A stretch of DNA of 35,762 bases from an uncultured Melioribacter sp. Its GTDB lineage: Bacteria > Bacteroidota > Ignavibacteria > Ignavibacteriales > Melioribacteraceae. The notes beneath the pieces are model-generated. The model was not told the DNA's origin and searched no databases. It saw nothing but the letters and a program-made list of their open reading frames with translations. Below are positions 11,180 to 20,779 of the stretch, piece after piece (positions within the stretch are counted from its first letter, which is position 1; each line of letters begins with the position of its first letter). The stretch is taken from contig CAYLVF010000001.1 of NCBI GenBank assembly GCA_964387045.1, positions 1 through 35,762 on the forward strand, in the 5' to 3' direction. Made by a program: the position numbers and the translations under genes.

Positions 11180-13630
11180 ATGGCTACAATTTTTGAAAAA
11201 ATAACACCGGTTGCTCTAGAAGAAGAAATGAAATCGTCGTACATAGATTATGCTATGTCTGTAATTGTTGCAAGAGCATTGCCTGATGTAAGAGACGGAC
11301 TTAAGCCGGTTCACAGAAGAGTACTTTTCGGAATGCAGGAGCTTGGCGTTGCATTCAATAAATCATATAAAAAATCAGCAAGAATTGTCGGTGAAGTTTT
11401 AGGTAAATACCACCCTCATGGCGACAGTGCGGTTTACGATACAATGGTGAGAATGGTTCAGGATTTTTCCCTTCGCTATCCTCTTGTTGATGGGCAGGGA
11501 AACTTCGGGTCTATAGATGGCGACTCAGCCGCGGCAATGCGTTATACCGAAGCACGTATGGCTAGAATTACCGAAACAATGATGCGTGATTTAGACAAAA
11601 ACACGGTACAATTTGTCCCTAATTTTGATGAATCACTTCAGGAACCAACGGTTCTACCGTCATATTTGCCGAACTTGTTAGTAAACGGCGCTAGCGGTAT
11701 TGCTGTTGGTATGGCAACCAACATTCCTCCCCATAACCTGAACGAAGTTATTGACGGGCTTGTATATCTTATAGATAAACCAAATTGTAAAACCGAAGAG
11801 TTAATAAAATTTGTTAAAGCTCCGGATTTCCCGACCGGTGGAATTATTTACGGTTACGATGGTGTTAGAGAAGCTTATTTAACAGGAAGAGGTCGTATAG
11901 TTGTTAGAGCCAAAGCAAACATTGAAGTACAAAAGAATGATAGAGAAAATATTATTATTACCGAAATTCCCTACCAGGTTAACAAAGCAAACTTAATCGA
12001 AAAAATTGCCGACCTCGTTAGAGAAGGGAAAATAAACGACATATCAAATATTAGAGACGAATCGGATAGAGATGGGTTAAGAATAGTAATTGAATTAAAG
12101 AGGACGGGTCAACCTGCGGTTATACTAAATCAGCTGTTTAAGCATACTCAAATGCAGGTAACTTTCGGCGTTATAATGCTTGCTCTTGTTAATGGACAAC
12201 CGAAAGTTCTTACCCTGCAAGAAATGATGAAACACTTTCTTGACCACAGAATGGATGTGCTTGTAAGAAGAACCAAGTTTGATTTAGACGCTGCCGAAAA
12301 AAGAGCACACATTCTCGAAGGTTATATAATTGCTCTCGATAATATTGATGAAGTAATAGAAACGATAAAAAAATCTAGAGATGTAAACACCGCTCAAGCT
12401 AACTTAATGAAGAAGTTCAAGCTCTCGGCAGTCCAGGCAAAAGCAATTCTTGATATGAGATTGCAAAGATTAACCGGTCTCGAAAGAAAGAAAATAGAAG
12501 ACGAATACAAAGAAACAATTAAACTAATCGAAAGATTAAAAATTATTTTAAGTGATGAGAAAAGAAGAAAAAATATAATTAAAGAAGAACTGCTCGAGCT
12601 AAAAGAAAAATACGGCGATCCAAGAAGAACCGAAATCGTTCATGATTTCAAAGAATTCGATATTGAAGATATTATAGCCGAAGAAGATGTTGTTGTAACG
12701 ATATCTCACAGTGGATTTATTAAAAGATTTCCAGTAAGCGGTTATAGAAAACAATCACGGGGCGGTAAAGGAGTTACGGGTGCCGGAACCAAAGACGAAG
12801 ACTTCATAGAGCATATGTTTATTGCATCAACCCATCATTATATAATGTTCTTTACCGACAAAGGAAAATGTTATTGGCTTAAAGTTCATGAAATTCCCGA
12901 AGGAGGAAGAGCTTCCAGAGGCAGGTCAATCTTAAATCTAGTTGAAAAAGATAAATCCGAACTAATCACTGCATTTATAAGCGTAAAAGAATTTACGGAC
13001 GATAAATACTTAATAATGTATACCGAAAACGGCACGGTCAAGAAAACAGTGCTGAGTGCTTACTCAAACGTAAGAAAAGGCGGAATACAAGCCATCAATC
13101 TTACAAAAGATGATAGGTTAATAGAGGTTCGGGTTACCGACGGCACACAGGATATTATAATCGGAACCCATAATGGAATGGCTATCAGATTTAACGAAAA
13201 CGATGTAAGAAATATGGGAAGAACAGCCACCGGTGTTAGAGGAATTAGACTAGGTAAAGGGGATAAAGTAATAGGCGGCATTTCTGTCAAACACGCCACC
13301 ACGCTTCTTGTTGCAACTGACAAGGGTTACGGTAAGCGTTCCGATCTATCCGATTATAGAATCACAAGGCGCGGCGGAAAGGGAATTATTACGGTCAAAA
13401 CAGGCGAGAAAAACGGGAAAATGATTTCCTTGATGCAAGTTAATGATAAAGACGAGCTTGTTATTATGACCGTTAAAGGAATGGTAATCAGACAAGGGGT
13501 CAGCAGTATTAGAGTAATGGGAAGAAACACCTCCGGTGTTCGTCTAATCAGATTGAACGAAGGAGATCAAATAGCCGATATCGCAAGGGTTGTAAGCGAG
13601 GAAGAGGAAGATCAACAACTTCATGAATAA
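11180..13630 (+). CDS. gyrA: DNA gyrase subunit A
   Basis: 816 aa. Motifs: [22 protein letters not shown] and the active-site region [11 protein letters not shown]-terminal beta-pinwheel repeats and an acidic tail. Confidence 0.98.
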   Translation: MATIFEKITPVALEEEMKSSYIDYAMSVIVARALPDVRDGLKPVHRRVLFGMQELGVAFNKSYKKSARIVGEVLGKYHPHGDSAVYDTMVRMVQDFSLRYPLVDGQGNFGSIDGDSAAAMRYTEARMARITETMMRDLDKNTVQFVPNFDESLQEPTVLPSYLPNLLVNGASGIAVGMATNIPPHNLNEVIDGLVYLIDKPNCKTEELIKFVKAPDFPTGGIIYGYDGVREAYLTGRGRIVVRAKANIEVQKNDRENIIITEIPYQVNKANLIEKIADLVREGKINDISNIRDESDRDGLRIVIELKRTGQPAVILNQLFKHTQMQVTFGVIMLALVNGQPKVLTLQEMMKHFLDHRMDVLVRRTKFDLDAAEKRAHILEGYIIALDNIDEVIETIKKSRDVNTAQANLMKKFKLSAVQAKAILDMRLQRLTGLERKKIEDEYKETIKLIERLKIILSDEKRRKNIIKEELLELKEKYGDPRRTEIVHDFKEFDIEDIIAEEDVVVTISHSGFIKRFPVSGYRKQSRGGKGVTGAGTKDEDFIEHMFIASTHHYIMFFTDKGKCYWLKVHEIPEGGRASRGRSILNLVEKDKSELITAFISVKEFTDDKYLIMYTENGTVKKTVLSAYSNVRKGGIQAINLTKDDRLIEVRVTDGTQDIIIGTHNGMAIRFNENDVRNMGRTATGVRGIRLGKGDKVIGGISVKHATTLLVATDKGYGKRSDLSDYRITRRGGKGIITVKTGEKNGKMISLMQVNDKDELVIMTVKGMVIRQGVSSIRVMGRNTSGVRLIRLNEGDQIADIARVVSEEEEDQQLHE

Positions 13631-13633
13631 ATT

Positions 13634-13737
13634 AAAGGGGATGACAGAAAAGTAATCTGTTTAATTATGTTAGCCGCAAATTACGCTAATTATCACGAAT
13701 TAATCCGTTGAATGATTACTTTTTTGTTAACCCCTTT
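13634..13737. repeat. 104-bp element bounded by 24-nt imperfect inverted repeats, between gyrA and the PLP-enzyme gene
   Basis: AAAGGGGATGACAGAAAAGTAATC (13634-13657) pairs with GATTACTTTTTTGTTAACCCCTTT (13714-13737). By hand alignment 21 of 24 positions are complementary. The right arm is followed by TTCGTTT. Confidence 0.5.
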
Positions 13738-13766
13738 TTCGTTTAAAATAATTTACAGGTGAAATA

Positions 13767-14975
13767 ATGTCACATAAAAACCCCAACATGGAATCTAAAT
13801 GTGTTCATTCAGGAATTAAAGATTATCAATTTGGTCCCGTAGTACCCCCAATTTATCAGACCTCTACTTTTAAATTTGAGACAACATCGCACGGAGCCTC
13901 TTTATTTAAAGGGGAAGAGAAAGGATACATCTATACAAGAATGTCAAATCCTACAATAGAAGCATTAGAAGATGCGGTTGCGGATTTAGAGGATGGTTAT
14001 AAAGCCCTTGGCTGCGCTAGTGGTATGGCGGCAATCAATACAACTTTTACTGCTCTATTAAATGCAGGCGATCATGTTATTTGTTCAAAATCCGTTTACG
14101 GTCCAACAGTAACTTTGCTTAGCACGGTTTTTTCAAAATTTGATATCCAAACAACTTTTGTTAACAGCTCAGATTTAGATGAAGTTAGAGAAGCAATTAA
14201 GCCAAACACAAAAGTTATATACTTGGAAACACCCGGCAACCCAACGCTTGAAATTTCCGACATAGAAGAAATCTCAATAATTGCTCATGCAAGCAACATA
14301 AAGGTTGTAGTCGATAACACGTTCATGAGTCCCGCCTTACAAAAGCCGTTAACTTTAGGAGCGGATGTTGTTCTTCATAGCTTAACGAAATTCTTAAACG
14401 GTCATGCAGATGTTGTGGGAGGTATTATAGTTGTTAAAGATGAACAATCTTACAAAAGTTTTAGGAAAATATTAAACCAACTTGGCGGAGTTATCGACCC
14501 ATTTAATGCATTTCTCGTACATCGCGGAATTAAAACGCTTGCATTAAGAATGGAACGCCATACAGAGAACGCAATGCAAATCGCAAAGTTTTTAGAAGAG
14601 CATCCGAAAGTCAAATGGGTTCGTTATCCCGGACTTAAATCACATCCGCAGTATGAGGTCGGACAAAAACAGCACAAACTACCGGGCGGGATAATTACCT
14701 TTGAATTAAAAGGCGGATATGAAGCCGGTGAAACGGCAATGAATAATGTTAAATTCTGTCAGTTAGCTGTAAGTCTCGGCGGTGTTGAAACCTTAGTTCA
14801 GCATCCTGCAAGCATGACTCATTTTTCAATGGGAAAAGAAGCAAGAGAAGCCGCCGGAATTACGGACGGTTTAGTTCGTCTTTCAGTCGGCATTGAAAAT
14901 GTTAATGATATTATTGAAGATTTAGAACAGGCTTTTGCAAAAATAAAACTCGAAGTTAAAGAACCTGTTTTATAA
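13767..14975 (+). CDS. Cys/Met-metabolism PLP-dependent enzyme, methionine gamma-lyase-like
   Basis: 402 aa. Motifs YTRMSNPT and the PLP-lysine motif HSLTKFLNGHAD, with the family's typical length. The exact activity (lyase, sulfhydrylase or synthase) cannot be resolved by eye. Confidence 0.8.
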   Translation: MSHKNPNMESKCVHSGIKDYQFGPVVPPIYQTSTFKFETTSHGASLFKGEEKGYIYTRMSNPTIEALEDAVADLEDGYKALGCASGMAAINTTFTALLNAGDHVICSKSVYGPTVTLLSTVFSKFDIQTTFVNSSDLDEVREAIKPNTKVIYLETPGNPTLEISDIEEISIIAHASNIKVVVDNTFMSPALQKPLTLGADVVLHSLTKFLNGHADVVGGIIVVKDEQSYKSFRKILNQLGGVIDPFNAFLVHRGIKTLALRMERHTENAMQIAKFLEEHPKVKWVRYPGLKSHPQYEVGQKQHKLPGGIITFELKGGYEAGETAMNNVKFCQLAVSLGGVETLVQHPASMTHFSMGKEAREAAGITDGLVRLSVGIENVNDIIEDLEQAFAKIKLEVKEPVL

Positions 14976-14984
14976 ATTTCACTT

Positions 14985-15030
14985 AACCCCAAATTGATTT
15001 TATTTAAAAATTAATTTGGGGTTTATTATA
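14985..15030 (+). terminator. Rho-independent terminator downstream of the PLP enzyme gene
   Basis: AACCCCAAATT (14985-14995) pairs perfectly with AATTTGGGGTT (15013-15023). The loop is 17 nt and a T-rich tail follows. Confidence 0.7.
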
Positions 15031-15054
15031 TCTACAAATAAAAATAAGAGAGCC

Positions 15055-16920
15055 ATGAAAACGATAAGTACCTTTTTGTTATTGTCGGTTATACTTATTT
15101 CCCAAACACCCGATCTTTATATTCCGCAGCCAATTAAAAGAGCATATCAAAAAGAAACACGCTCTTATAATGGAGCACCGGGAAAAAATTATTGGATAAA
15201 CGAAATCAACTATAATATTAATGCAAGCGTTGACCCGATTACAAAAATATTGGACGGACAATTATCCGCAAGATATGTTAATAACAGTCCCGATACATTA
15301 AAGGAAATTGTAATGCATCTTTATCCCGAGTTATTTAAAGCGGGTACAGTTCGAGATTGGCAGATACCTAAAGAAGCCGTTAACGATGGTGTCTTAATAA
15401 AAAAGTTGTCGGTTGACTTAAAAGAATATGATGTGTCGGATACAAGCAGAAGCATAAGCAGATCAACCACAAATATGAAAATTAAACTAGAGAATCCACT
15501 TAACCCTAAAGACGAATTATTAATAACTACAGAGTGGAGCTTTATTATTCCGGAAATTAGACCGGTAAGAACCGGTGCCTATTCCGATACATCGATGTTT
15601 ATTGCTTATTGGTATCCTAAAATTGCTGTATACGATGATATACACGGCTGGGATGAAATAGCATATGCCGGCACGGCTGAAATGTACAGCAGCACGGCAT
15701 CGTTTGATGTTGAAATTACAACTCCTCAAAACTTTGTTGTTTGGGCAACAGGACTACTTGAAAATCCGGTTGAAATTCTGAGCGATAAAATTTTAGAAAG
15801 ATATAACCAAGCACAAGAGTCGGAATCGATTGTAAATATTCTCACTCAAGAAGATATTCATTCCGATGTAACTAAAAGCGAATTTTCTACCTGGAAATTT
15901 AAAGCCGACAAAGCTCCCGATTTTGCTTTTGCATTAGGCAAGAACTATTTGTGGGATGGCGCAATTGTTAAGTTGAAAGACAGAACGGTTTTCGTTGATG
16001 CGGGATATCTAAAAGAATCGGTTAATTTCAAAGAAGTTGTACGAATTTCCGTTGAAGCCATTAAGTTTCATTCTTTTGAAATGCCGGGGGTGATTTTTCC
16101 TTATCCAACCTTTACGGTTTTTAACGGTCGCGGCGGGATGGAATTCCCAATGATTGTTAATGACGGCGAAGCAAGAACTTACGAAAGCACCGTTGGTTTA
16201 ACTACTCACGAACTCGCTCATACATACTTTCCGTTTTATATGGGGATTAACGAAAAACGTTATGCTTTTATGGACGAAGGATGGGCTGTTTTTTCACCAA
16301 CCAGAATTCAAAGAAGATTAGGTGAATATAATCCGATCGAAGGGAGATTTAAGGTACAAGAAAGACAATTAGAAAAAATACTTGAAGTTCCGCCAATGAC
16401 ACCGTCGTTTTTGTTGAAAGGATCACATTATCGTGTCGCGTCATATACGCGTTCAGCCGGTGCTTTATTTGCACTTGAAGAACTTTTAGGTGAAGAACTA
16501 TTTTTAAAAGCTTTACAAACTTTTATTGCTGAGTGGAAAGAGAAACATCCTACTCCTTATGATTTCTTTTTTACTTTTGATAGAGCTGCCAATGAGAACC
16601 TATCTTGGTTTTGGAAACCATGGTTTTTCGAGTTTCATTCCGCTGAACTTAACTTTGTTAATTATGTAAATGACAACGGAAGAAAATACGTAAGTGTAAG
16701 AAATGACGGAGGTCTGCCTCTGCCAATTAAATTAAAAATTTACTTTACCGACAACACGGAAAAATCTATTTCTGTTTCACCGAGAGTTTGGCAGAGTGGA
16801 GAGAAGGTTGTGAATGTTGATCTTAATACGGGTAAAGAAATTTTAGAAATTGAATTAGGAGATGAATTAGTGCCCGATGTAAATTACAACAAAAGAAAAA
16901 CATTAAAAGGCGATAAGTAA
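15055..16920 (+). CDS. M1-family (gluzincin) metallopeptidase, secreted
   Basis: HELAHTYF followed 18 residues later by E (HExxH-X18-E). N-terminal signal-like MKTISTFLLLSVILIS. ATG 15055 is preferred over TTG 15016, which sits inside the terminator stem. Confidence 0.82.
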   Translation: MKTISTFLLLSVILISQTPDLYIPQPIKRAYQKETRSYNGAPGKNYWINEINYNINASVDPITKILDGQLSARYVNNSPDTLKEIVMHLYPELFKAGTVRDWQIPKEAVNDGVLIKKLSVDLKEYDVSDTSRSISRSTTNMKIKLENPLNPKDELLITTEWSFIIPEIRPVRTGAYSDTSMFIAYWYPKIAVYDDIHGWDEIAYAGTAEMYSSTASFDVEITTPQNFVVWATGLLENPVEILSDKILERYNQAQESESIVNILTQEDIHSDVTKSEFSTWKFKADKAPDFAFALGKNYLWDGAIVKLKDRTVFVDAGYLKESVNFKEVVRISVEAIKFHSFEMPGVIFPYPTFTVFNGRGGMEFPMIVNDGEARTYESTVGLTTHELAHTYFPFYMGINEKRYAFMDEGWAVFSPTRIQRRLGEYNPIEGRFKVQERQLEKILEVPPMTPSFLLKGSHYRVASYTRSAGALFALEELLGEELFLKALQTFIAEWKEKHPTPYDFFFTFDRAANENLSWFWKPWFFEFHSAELNFVNYVNDNGRKYVSVRNDGGLPLPIKLKIYFTDNTEKSISVSPRVWQSGEKVVNVDLNTGKEILEIELGDELVPDVNYNKRKTLKGDK

Positions 16921-16995
16921 ATTTACGGATGTTTTTTTAACTTGTTAAATCAAACAACTTTTTACATATAGACAAAAACTAATTCGGCGGGTTAA

Positions 16996-19887
16996 ATGAA
17001 AAGAATCTTTATAGCTCTATTGTTTTTTGTATGTTCGACTTTTTCACAAGATCAGATTATACAAAAAGGAGAGATATATTATCTAGCAAATAAAGTTGTT
17101 GTGAAGTTTAAAGAATCTACTAACAACACATTTTATAAAAGTTCGGTCATCCCATCGGAAACAGCGAAACATTTAGATAACATAAGCGCGACAAAAGTTG
17201 AAAAAACTTATACGGTTTTAAATGAGGAAGCGGTTAACTATTCTGATATAAACAGGACATATGTTATAGAATATTCATCGCCTTATGATCCACAGGCTCT
17301 ATCAAAAAAACTATCCAATTCATCAGCGATAGAATGGGCTGAGCCATGGTATGTATATAAAGTAAGTTTAGAACCAAACGATCCGAAATATTTAGACGGA
17401 ACCCAGTGGTATCTAAATAAAATTTCGGCCCCCCAAGCATGGGATTTAAGCACGGGCAGTGAAGAGATTGTTATAGCAATTATAGATACCGGTGTAGATT
17501 GGGATCACCCGGATCTTGCTGCAAATATTTGGATTAATCCGGGGGAAGTTCTCGACGGTACCGATACCGACGGCAATGGTTTTGTTGATGATATAAGGGG
17601 GTGGGATTTCGGCGGGACAAACGGAATTCCGGATAACGACCCGATGGAAGACGCACCAACACACGGAACATATGTTGCCGGATTTGCAAGTGCAGTTACA
17701 AATAATGGCGAAGGCATTGCATCGATAGGTTATAATTGTAAAATAATGGCAGTTAAAACTTCACGGCAGGATCTGGGAAACGGAATTATTGCTTACGGAC
17801 GAGAAGGAATTTTATATGCCGCAAACAATGGAGCTGATGTAATTAACTGCAGTTGGGGAGGAAGTCCTTATTCGCAAGCTTTACAAGACGCAATTACTTA
17901 TGCAACATCGCTCGGAGCACTGGTTGTTTCATCAGCGGATAATGACAATAAAATTGAACCGGCTTATCCCTCTGCATATCACGGAGTGCTTTCGGTGGGC
18001 GGAACAGACGCAAATGATATAAGATACTCTGCTTCAAATTACGGCGCAACGGTTGATGTTACCGCCCCGGCAACAGGGTTTACTACAGGACAAGGAATGT
18101 ATTCAACCTGGCAGTATGACCCTAACGATTCCAATCCAACACCTTATATTCAAAATAGCAGCGGTACATCTTTGGCTTCTCCTCTCGCTGCCGGTCTTGC
18201 AGGGTTGGTTATTCAAAGATTTCCGGATTATACACCCTTACAGGTTGCAGAACAAATAAGAGTTAACACGGATTATATTGCCGATATAAATGACCAGTTC
18301 TTTAAATATTATCTCGGCACAGGTAGAATTAATGCATATAAAGCATTGAACAATGCTAATTCAATATCGGTACGTGCGGAAGATTTTGTCTACACCGATC
18401 TTTCTAATGGTAATGGTATAGTTGAACCCGGGGAAACTTTTAATCTCGGGGTTGTCTTTAAGAATTATTTAAGTCCTGCATCAATCGTACAAGTATCGCT
18501 TGAAAGCAGGAGTCAATATGTAACAATAAATCAAGGAAGTTATACTATTGGCAGCGTCGGCACTCTTGAAGAAACGAACAATTTTGCTTCGCCGTTTTCT
18601 TTTTCGGTTTCAGAGGATCTTCCTGTTAATCAAGACATTGAGCTGCTTCTTAAGTTTACCAATGGTGCAGAGTATAATGATTTTCAGTTGGTTAGAACCA
18701 AGTTCAACACAACATATTTAACGCAAGCGGGCAACAATATTGCGCTTACAATTACCAGCAAAGGAAATCTCGGTTTTAATGATTATGGACAGCTTCCTTC
18801 CGAAGGAGACGGGCTGTTTTTTAATAACGGCGAAAATTTATTGTTTGAAGGAGCGCTAATTTACGGTAGTTCGCCGGCATCGGTAATGGATGCCGCCCAT
18901 GTTGGTTATCTGCAAAATCAGAGCGAAGATTTTAAGCCTATTGTTCCTTTCAGCATAAGCATACCTGGCGAATACGCCGACAATGAAGGGTTTACAATGT
19001 TTAACGATGACTTAGCCGAAGAAAAACTTGGCATACAAACCGAACTATTTACATACAGTTTCTCGCAGGAAGAATACAGCGATTTTATTATTCTCCGCTT
19101 CAGGTTCACAAATAACAGCGATACGACTATTCGCACTTTTCATGCCGGGTTGTTCTTCGATTTGGATTTTCATGATTTTGACGATGATTATACGGCATGG
19201 GATTTTGAAGACAATTTTGGTTATGTATACGATGCAGACCCAAATCTTAATTCCCGGATTGATGAATATATAGGAGTTGCTTTAATCTCCGACACAAAAT
19301 ATGGTTACCGGGCAATGTCGAACGAAGGAAATTACGGAGGCATAAATATTATTGACGGTTACAGCAAAGAAGAAAAGTGGCTAACCATTGCAAGCGCTAC
19401 AACAATTGTTGAATTTGGACCGGGAGATATTGCCTTTGCTGTATCCGGAGGACCATATACTTTACAGTCAGGAGAAAGGGTCAATGTTGCTTTTGCCGTT
19501 GCCGGCGGCTATTCGTTAGATGAGATAAGAACCGCTATTAGAAACAGCAAATTAGCTTATGGTACAATTCCAACATCGGTAGAGCAGATCGACGAAGTTC
19601 CGTTTGAATTTTCTTTATCACAGAATTATCCCAACCCATTTAACCCATCAACAAAAATAAAATTCACTCTTCCAAATGTTGGGGGTGAATATATTCGTCC
19701 TCTACAAACAAAATTAATAGTTTATGACATACTTGGCAGAGAGATTACAACCCTGATAAACGAAGAGCTTTCTAGCGGAGTGTATGAAGTTGAGTTTAAC
19801 GGCAGCGGGTTAAGCAGCGGGGTTTATTTTTACAAATTAACATCCGGCAGTTTTATAGAAACAAAAAAGATGATGATTTTAAGGTAG
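16996..19887 (+). CDS. Subtilisin-like S8 serine peptidase with a type IX secretion C-terminal sorting domain
   Basis: Catalytic triad motifs IIDTGVDWDHPDL, HGTYVAG and SGTSLASP. Signal peptide present. The C terminus reads SLSQNYPNPFNPSTKIKF...GVYFYKLTSGSFIETKKMMILR. Confidence 0.9.
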   Translation: MKRIFIALLFFVCSTFSQDQIIQKGEIYYLANKVVVKFKESTNNTFYKSSVIPSETAKHLDNISATKVEKTYTVLNEEAVNYSDINRTYVIEYSSPYDPQALSKKLSNSSAIEWAEPWYVYKVSLEPNDPKYLDGTQWYLNKISAPQAWDLSTGSEEIVIAIIDTGVDWDHPDLAANIWINPGEVLDGTDTDGNGFVDDIRGWDFGGTNGIPDNDPMEDAPTHGTYVAGFASAVTNNGEGIASIGYNCKIMAVKTSRQDLGNGIIAYGREGILYAANNGADVINCSWGGSPYSQALQDAITYATSLGALVVSSADNDNKIEPAYPSAYHGVLSVGGTDANDIRYSASNYGATVDVTAPATGFTTGQGMYSTWQYDPNDSNPTPYIQNSSGTSLASPLAAGLAGLVIQRFPDYTPLQVAEQIRVNTDYIADINDQFFKYYLGTGRINAYKALNNANSISVRAEDFVYTDLSNGNGIVEPGETFNLGVVFKNYLSPASIVQVSLESRSQYVTINQGSYTIGSVGTLEETNNFASPFSFSVSEDLPVNQDIELLLKFTNGAEYNDFQLVRTKFNTTYLTQAGNNIALTITSKGNLGFNDYGQLPSEGDGLFFNNGENLLFEGALIYGSSPASVMDAAHVGYLQNQSEDFKPIVPFSISIPGEYADNEGFTMFNDDLAEEKLGIQTELFTYSFSQEEYSDFIILRFRFTNNSDTTIRTFHAGLFFDLDFHDFDDDYTAWDFEDNFGYVYDADPNLNSRIDEYIGVALISDTKYGYRAMSNEGNYGGINIIDGYSKEEKWLTIASATTIVEFGPGDIAFAVSGGPYTLQSGERVNVAFAVAGGYSLDEIRTAIRNSKLAYGTIPTSVEQIDEVPFEFSLSQNYPNPFNPSTKIKFTLPNVGGEYIRPLQTKLIVYDILGREITTLINEELSSGVYEVEFNGSGLSSGVYFYKLTSGSFIETKKMMILR

Positions 19888-19909
19888 CTAATATAAATTT
19901 GGTGTTAAA

Positions 19910-20779
19910 ATGAAAATCGATACTAAACAGTTTAAAGCCGGGTATAAAAATTTTCGCTTGAAAGATTATTGGACAACGTATAACTCGAAGGTCGACACAA
20001 AGGAAACGGGGAAAGATTTACTTGACGAAAATATAGTAAAACTAGCAGAGCTTCAGGATAAATTATATGCTTACGACAGATATGCGATGCTTCTGATTTT
20101 TCAAGGCATGGATGCCGCCGGTAAAGACGGCGCAATTAAACATGTGATGAGCGGATTAAATCCTCAGGGCGTTCAGGTTTTCAGCTTCAAACAGCCCTCC
20201 GCAGAAGAAATGGATCATGATTATCTGTGGCGAATAAATAAATCTTTACCGGAAAGAGGAAGAATCGGAATTTTTAATCGCTCACATTATGAAGATGTTT
20301 TGATTGTCCGGGTTCATGATTTATTGAAGAAAAGAAAACTCCCGCAGCATCTGGTAACAAAAACCATTTGGAAGGACAGGTTTAAACAAATTAGAAACTT
20401 TGAAGAATATCTTTTTAAAAGCGGAATTGTTACGATTAAGTTCTTCTTAAATATCTCAAAGGAGGAACAGAAAAAAAGATTCATGAAACGCCTCGAAGAA
20501 GAATCCAAGAATTGGAAGTTTTCTGCTTCTGATATTGAAGAACGCAAACATTGGGATGAGTATCAAAAATGTTTTGAAGATGCAATTAACAACACTTCAA
20601 CCGAATTTGCTCCTTGGTATATTATACCTTCGGATAAAAAGTGGTTTGCAAGATTATTGATATCCGAAATTATTGTTAAGGAAATGAATAAGCTTAAACT
20701 CGATTATCCAAAGCTGAGTGAAGAGCAAATAAAAATGCTGGGCGTATATAAAGACAAATTGTTGAAGGAAGATTTTTAA
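19910..20779 (+). CDS. Polyphosphate kinase 2 family protein (polyphosphate:nucleotide phosphotransferase)
   Basis: 289 aa. P-loop region LLIFQGMDAAGKDGAIKHV and the typical WYIIPSDKKW near the C terminus. Confidence 0.85.
   Translation: MKIDTKQFKAGYKNFRLKDYWTTYNSKVDTKETGKDLLDENIVKLAELQDKLYAYDRYAMLLIFQGMDAAGKDGAIKHVMSGLNPQGVQVFSFKQPSAEEMDHDYLWRINKSLPERGRIGIFNRSHYEDVLIVRVHDLLKKRKLPQHLVTKTIWKDRFKQIRNFEEYLFKSGIVTIKFFLNISKEEQKKRFMKRLEEESKNWKFSASDIEERKHWDEYQKCFEDAINNTSTEFAPWYIIPSDKKWFARLLISEIIVKEMNKLKLDYPKLSEEQIKMLGVYKDKLLKEDF

Noticed and set aside
13631-13766. Possible SAM or other riboswitch ahead of the methionine-gamma-lyase-like gene
   Set aside because: I could not match the SAM-I, SAM-II or other consensus cores that I know. 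Only the long inverted repeat is demonstrable, and it is reported as such.
20774-20779. Convergent overlap of the PPK2 and histidine-kinase stop codons (TTAA), and the zero-gap convergent stops of ruvA and orf70 at 30545-30550
   Set aside because: These are real in the sequence but reflect compact genome packing. I can argue no specific functional implication.
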